Source: Octopus vulgaris (lineage: Eukaryota). From it: a stretch of DNA of 64,000 nt. A program made the translations under genes and the position numbers. Positions 59,025 to 64,000 of the stretch are shown here, piece by piece; position 1 is the first letter of the stretch; the number at the start of each line of letters is the position of its first letter. The DNA lies in the NCBI GenBank assembly GCA_951406725.2, contig OX597817.1, positions 89,528,001-89,592,000 of the forward strand, read 5' to 3'. The notes under the pieces were generated by a model that was not told the origin of the DNA, did no database searches, and saw only the letters and a program-made list of their open reading frames with translations.

Positions 59025-60317
59025 GTTTCAAATTTAGGCACAAGTCCGGCAATTTCGAGGGAGGGGATAAATCGATGACATCATCTCCAGGACTCAACTG
59101 GTACTTATTTCATCGACCATGAAAGGATGAACTGCAAAGTCGACTACGGCGGAATTTGAACGCAGAACGTAAAGACGGACGAAATGCCACAAAGCATTTT
59201 GCCTGACGTGCTAACATTTCTGACAGCCCATCGCCCTTAAATATATTAAAACTAACACTAACTTCATTTTTGTACAGATGGGGACTTCTATAAATTTACT
59301 TCATCTAAATTCTAAATTCTGCTAATTTGTATTTATCTGTGTACATTCTCGTAAATGCCCTTAGTGAATTCTAATAATCGCTACTGCAACTGTAGTAAAT
59401 AATGTACGTATATACTTCTGTAATGATAATCAATAAATCCTTATCCTGCTTGCAGTTCTTTCTTCTACTTGTCAACTTAATTAAAATATTAAAATCTTTA
59501 ACCTGTTTGCAGTTATTTCTTGTTATTGCCAGCATAATAGCGCCTAATTATGTTCTGTAATTCTCACAGTATTAAAAATGGAGACACTTATGGATTCATG
59601 AGTAAAAATCTCATGCTATTAGCAAATTTGCAGCAACGCCCAGAAGGAAATCCACAAGGAGTGACGCTGAAAGCTCTTAAGGATGGATGCAAGTGTCTTG
59701 AATCACGTGATTCAAGCAGTCAATTGTTATTTGTCACATTACTGTGAATTGGCTTTCCGTAGATCGGACATAGGACAAGAAATAAGACACCAATGTACTG
59801 ACGTCTATATATTCTCTCTCTATCTTTCCTTCCCTCTCCCCTTTCTTCTCTCTTACAATCTTCACACACACGCACATATACACACGTATATATACACATA
59901 AAAACACTCATACCTACACACACACATATATATGTATGTATATTTACACACATACATATATATGCATATATATATATATATACACACATACATATATATG
60001 CATATATATATATATATCATAATAATATTAGGGAATAAATCCAAACTTACAGGGAAAAATTAGATTTAGGATTAAATCCAATTTTATAGTATAAATATAT
60101 TATATTATATTATATTATATTAGAGATAAAAACCACTATTAGGCAAATCAAACAGTGAAAAACATAAGCCAATACATAAAATTAATTTTAAAAATATAAA
60201 AGTTAAAATCAAAAAAATTATTTAAATAATTTAAACTTATAAATTTTAAATATATATATACAAATATATATATATATATATGTGTGTATATGTATGTATA
60301 TTTTTATATTTATATGT

Positions 60318-60423
<106 letters not shown>

Positions 60424-60741
60424 CATTATTTGAGGGAATAAAATCCCAAACTTACAAGGAAAAAATTTCAATTTAGAAATACTAAATCAAATTTCACACA
60501 ATATAATATATATAAAAAATTAGAAAAAATCCACCTTACATCAATTCAAAATGAACAATTAAATTACACCATCTAGAAAATTACATATAATAGAAATATC
60601 AAAATTAAAATAACAATAAAATGTCAATGATTAAGTAAATTGCAAAAAAAAAAATAAAGACGTATATAATTTGTATAATAGCATAATATATATATATATA
60701 TATATATGTATATAATATATAGATACACATATATGTATACA

Positions 60742-60806
<65 letters not shown>

Positions 60807-60826
60807 TACACATATATGTATACATA

Positions 60827-60876
<50 letters not shown>

Positions 60877-60952
60877 CACACATATATATATATATACATA
60901 CATATACATACATATATATATATATATGAAACAACGGATGGAAATTGGTATT

Positions 60953-61038
60953 TTCACTACATTGTTTCAAACGAATTTTTTTTATTGAAGAATAAAGTTA
61001 TTACATCGTGCGAAAAAGAACCGTTTTCTTCAGGTGAA
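60953..61038 (-). ncRNA. type I hammerhead ribozyme
   Basis: UUCAC-CUGAAGA-AAACG..CGUUU-GAAA-C-AAU-GUA-GUGAA; perfect 5-bp stems I and II. Confidence 0.87.
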
Positions 61039-61754
61039 TATACACAAATTAAACATCTTTAAAAACATTCCAAGAATCAACAAGACTCCTGGCTAACTTC
61101 ATTTAATAAAAAATTCGTTTGAAACAGCTGTAGTAAATGATGAAGTAAACCAATGATGTAGGAAACCGAGCGGTAGTAAACCATGACGCTCATCGACGAG
61201 CTGTTTTTCACAACTAATGTGAAAAACAGCTAGTTTGTGAATGCCACACTTTACTACTACCACTACCAAGCCTAATTCAAAATAATAACTGAGGAAAATT
61301 CCTCTTCGAACAATGTCACAGTAATCATACTAATAATGCATAAATCGCTACATATAAATATGCAACAATATGCAATTAATGTGATGGAAACACGTGTAGG
61401 ACAATTATTGGGAATAAACCAACTGTAAAGAAACATAAAGTTTGACTTCAAATTCTTCATTCTCATTATTAATATTGTACTTTACACTCTAAGTAGCCAG
61501 GAATAAACTGTAACGTCAGATGGGAGTTAAAGAAAATTTACCACAAAACGTACCATCTAAAGGAACCAGTCTTGATATTTTTTACATAGAGAAATTCGGT
61601 ATGTACCTGGATATTATATCATTCCTCTAACTGTATATATACAGAGGGTGAGGGTGAGGCTGAGAGAGAGAGAGAGGAGGGGAGATAAAAAGAGAAAGAG
61701 AGGGAAGCACAGATAGAGAGGTAGAAAAATAGATAGATAAATAGATAGATAGAC

Positions 61755-61821
<67 letters not shown>

Positions 61822-61822
61822 T

Positions 61823-61875
<53 letters not shown>

Positions 61876-61885
61876 ACAGACAGAC

Positions 61886-61960
<75 letters not shown>

Positions 61961-62449
61961 CAAAACGAAAGAAAGAATGAAAGAAGAAAAAGAATAGACG
62001 CATAGAGAAACAAGGAGGGAGAAAGGGAGAGTGGGACAGCAGAAAAAGATGGAGGGTAGAGAAAGATGTTGGGCAGAGAAAGATGGAGGGCAGAGGAAAA
62101 GGGAGGACAGAGAGCGAGAGGGAGGGCAGAGGGAGAGGAGATGGAAGGGAGAGCGAGAGGGAGAGCAGAGGAGGGAGGGGAGATGGAAGGGAGAGGGAGA
62201 TGGAAGGCAGAGGGAGAGGAGAAAGTGAGAGAGAGAGATAGAATGATTCGGAGACTGTAACCCTCTACATCAAGAAAAAATTAGGACCCCTTGGATGGTC
62301 TTCAAGCAAGGGCAGAAATTATGTCTCATCTCTTCTTCCATATATATATGCATGTGTGCATGTGTATGTGTATTTGCGTGTGTGTGTGTGTGTGTGCATG
62401 TATGTGCGCGCGCGCGTGTGAGTAACAGATTAAGTATATAAATTTGGGA

Positions 62450-62690
62450 AATTACGTAAGACATTCCTCGCCTGACTTTTTACCCTAATTTTGTGACGCT
62501 GTAAAGTCGGTATGTATATCAGAAACCGCTCCCTTCCAAGTTTCACCGATTTCTTCGCATCTGAAGCGCTCGAAGCATTACTGTTTTTGGTCACAGCCGT
62601 TCGAGTGACTTTAAAACCGGATGTCATGGTTTGAAAATCAGTCAAGATAAATAGATGAAGTGGATTTAACTTCCTAGTGCATAGCCTGTA
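62450..62690. mobile_element. possible Tc1/mariner MITE end
   Basis: Ends ..AACTTCCTAGTGCATAGCCTG-TA, resembling a TA-CAGG terminal repeat; partner TIR unclear. Confidence 0.3.
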
Positions 62691-62726
62691 CACACACACA
62701 CACACACATTATTGTTGTTGTTGTTG

Positions 62727-62815
<89 letters not shown>

Positions 62816-64000
62816 TATTATTATTAATACTCATGTTATTAAGGCAGTGAGCTGGCAGAAGAACACCGGCCAAAATGTTTGGTGCTATTTCGTCCGTCTT
62901 TATGTTCAAATATCCGCCGATGTCAACTTTACCTTTCAGCTTTTCGGAGTCGATAAAATAAGTACCTGTTGAGCATTGGATCGGTGTAATTGACTTACCC
63001 TAAGGTGTGACTGAGTAAAAGTTTGGCTAAATTTGATTTTACCTTGAAGGTCACTGAGTTCATTGGTGGTGGTGGTGGTGGTGAGCAACTGAAGAAGTTT
63101 GTAGAGAGGTGACTGAGGAAGTGTGGCGTAAAGGATATTGTATTGGATTGAAAGTTTATAGGTGACGTGAGTGGGTGGAGAGATGTCACTGGGCGTGGTA
63201 GTTTCGTATTGATAAACTTTATTAGGACTAAAAGTATACACGCACATTCATACAGCAAGAGACCGACATACATGATGACAGAGATAAACAGGCATATACA
63301 CCTTTGAAATTTATTTATACTTGCACATTTTTATACACATAGTGACAATACGCACATTATACACCTGTGTACATGCAGACAAGAAAACGCATACATTGCA
63401 TGCATATGTATGAACGTATGTATGTATGTATGTATGTATGTATGTATGTATGTATGTATGTATGTATGTATGTATGTATGTATGTATGCATGTATGCATG
63501 TATGTATGTATGTATGTATGTATGTATGTATGTATGTATGTATGTATGTATGCATGTATGTATGTATGTCATTCAGTTCATTTCAAGATTTCTTGCCAAT
63601 AGAAAATGTGTCGGTTTCTAACCTAGCTCCAAGGCTCCTTCATTGGAATTTCAACATCAACAGAGTATTTTTGTATGTATGTATGTATGTATGTATGTAT
63701 GTATGTATGTATGTATGTATGCATGCATGTATGTATGTATGTATGTACGTATGTATGTATGTGTCCAGATTTGTATGTATTGTTTTATGTATGTATTCAA
63801 ATGCATATATATTGCATATCTAGACATGCTCGTATATACTTAAGTGATAAACTTCCTGGAAGTTTTACATATTTTTACAGTTCCAGTGACGGCTTGGATC
63901 TGTTGTCATTGAATTAGCTTTCTCCTTTCTGGCTTTGAGAAGCCAAATTTCTCACGATTGATAGTTAGACAGTGTGTTACATATCTCAGTGCTTCAATAA

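Overview
AT-rich, microsatellite-dense animal genomic DNA. The SINE families and repeat landscape most resemble octopus/cephalopod sequence (inference). I see no convincing intact host protein-coding gene; almost all ORFs in the track are translated microsatellites or SINEs. The window is a nested graveyard of mobile elements: at least four tRNA-derived SINE families, non-autonomous and decayed Helitrons, pogo/Tigger, Tc1 and Chapaev3-like transposase relics, two hAT MITEs with 8-bp TSDs, CR1, L1/Tx1 and Dong/R4 LINE fragments, and a decayed Penelope-like element (PLE) with RT and GIY-YIG domains. The main signal not shown by the ORF track is RNA structure. There are about ten minimal type I hammerhead ribozyme (HHR) motifs, intact to degenerate, in PLE pseudo-LTR-like repeats, several with PLE-style inverted ends. 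Highlights: a hammerhead with a compensatory G3-C8 core, a tRNA-headed SINE carrying a hammerhead/pLTR tail (candidate Penelope-mobilised SINE), a recurrent hairpin-GAAA-N24-CUGANGA motif, a SINE that appears to insert into itself at GGTAT, and a (TAA)n-targeting cluster. All structures were folded by eye and boundaries are approximate.
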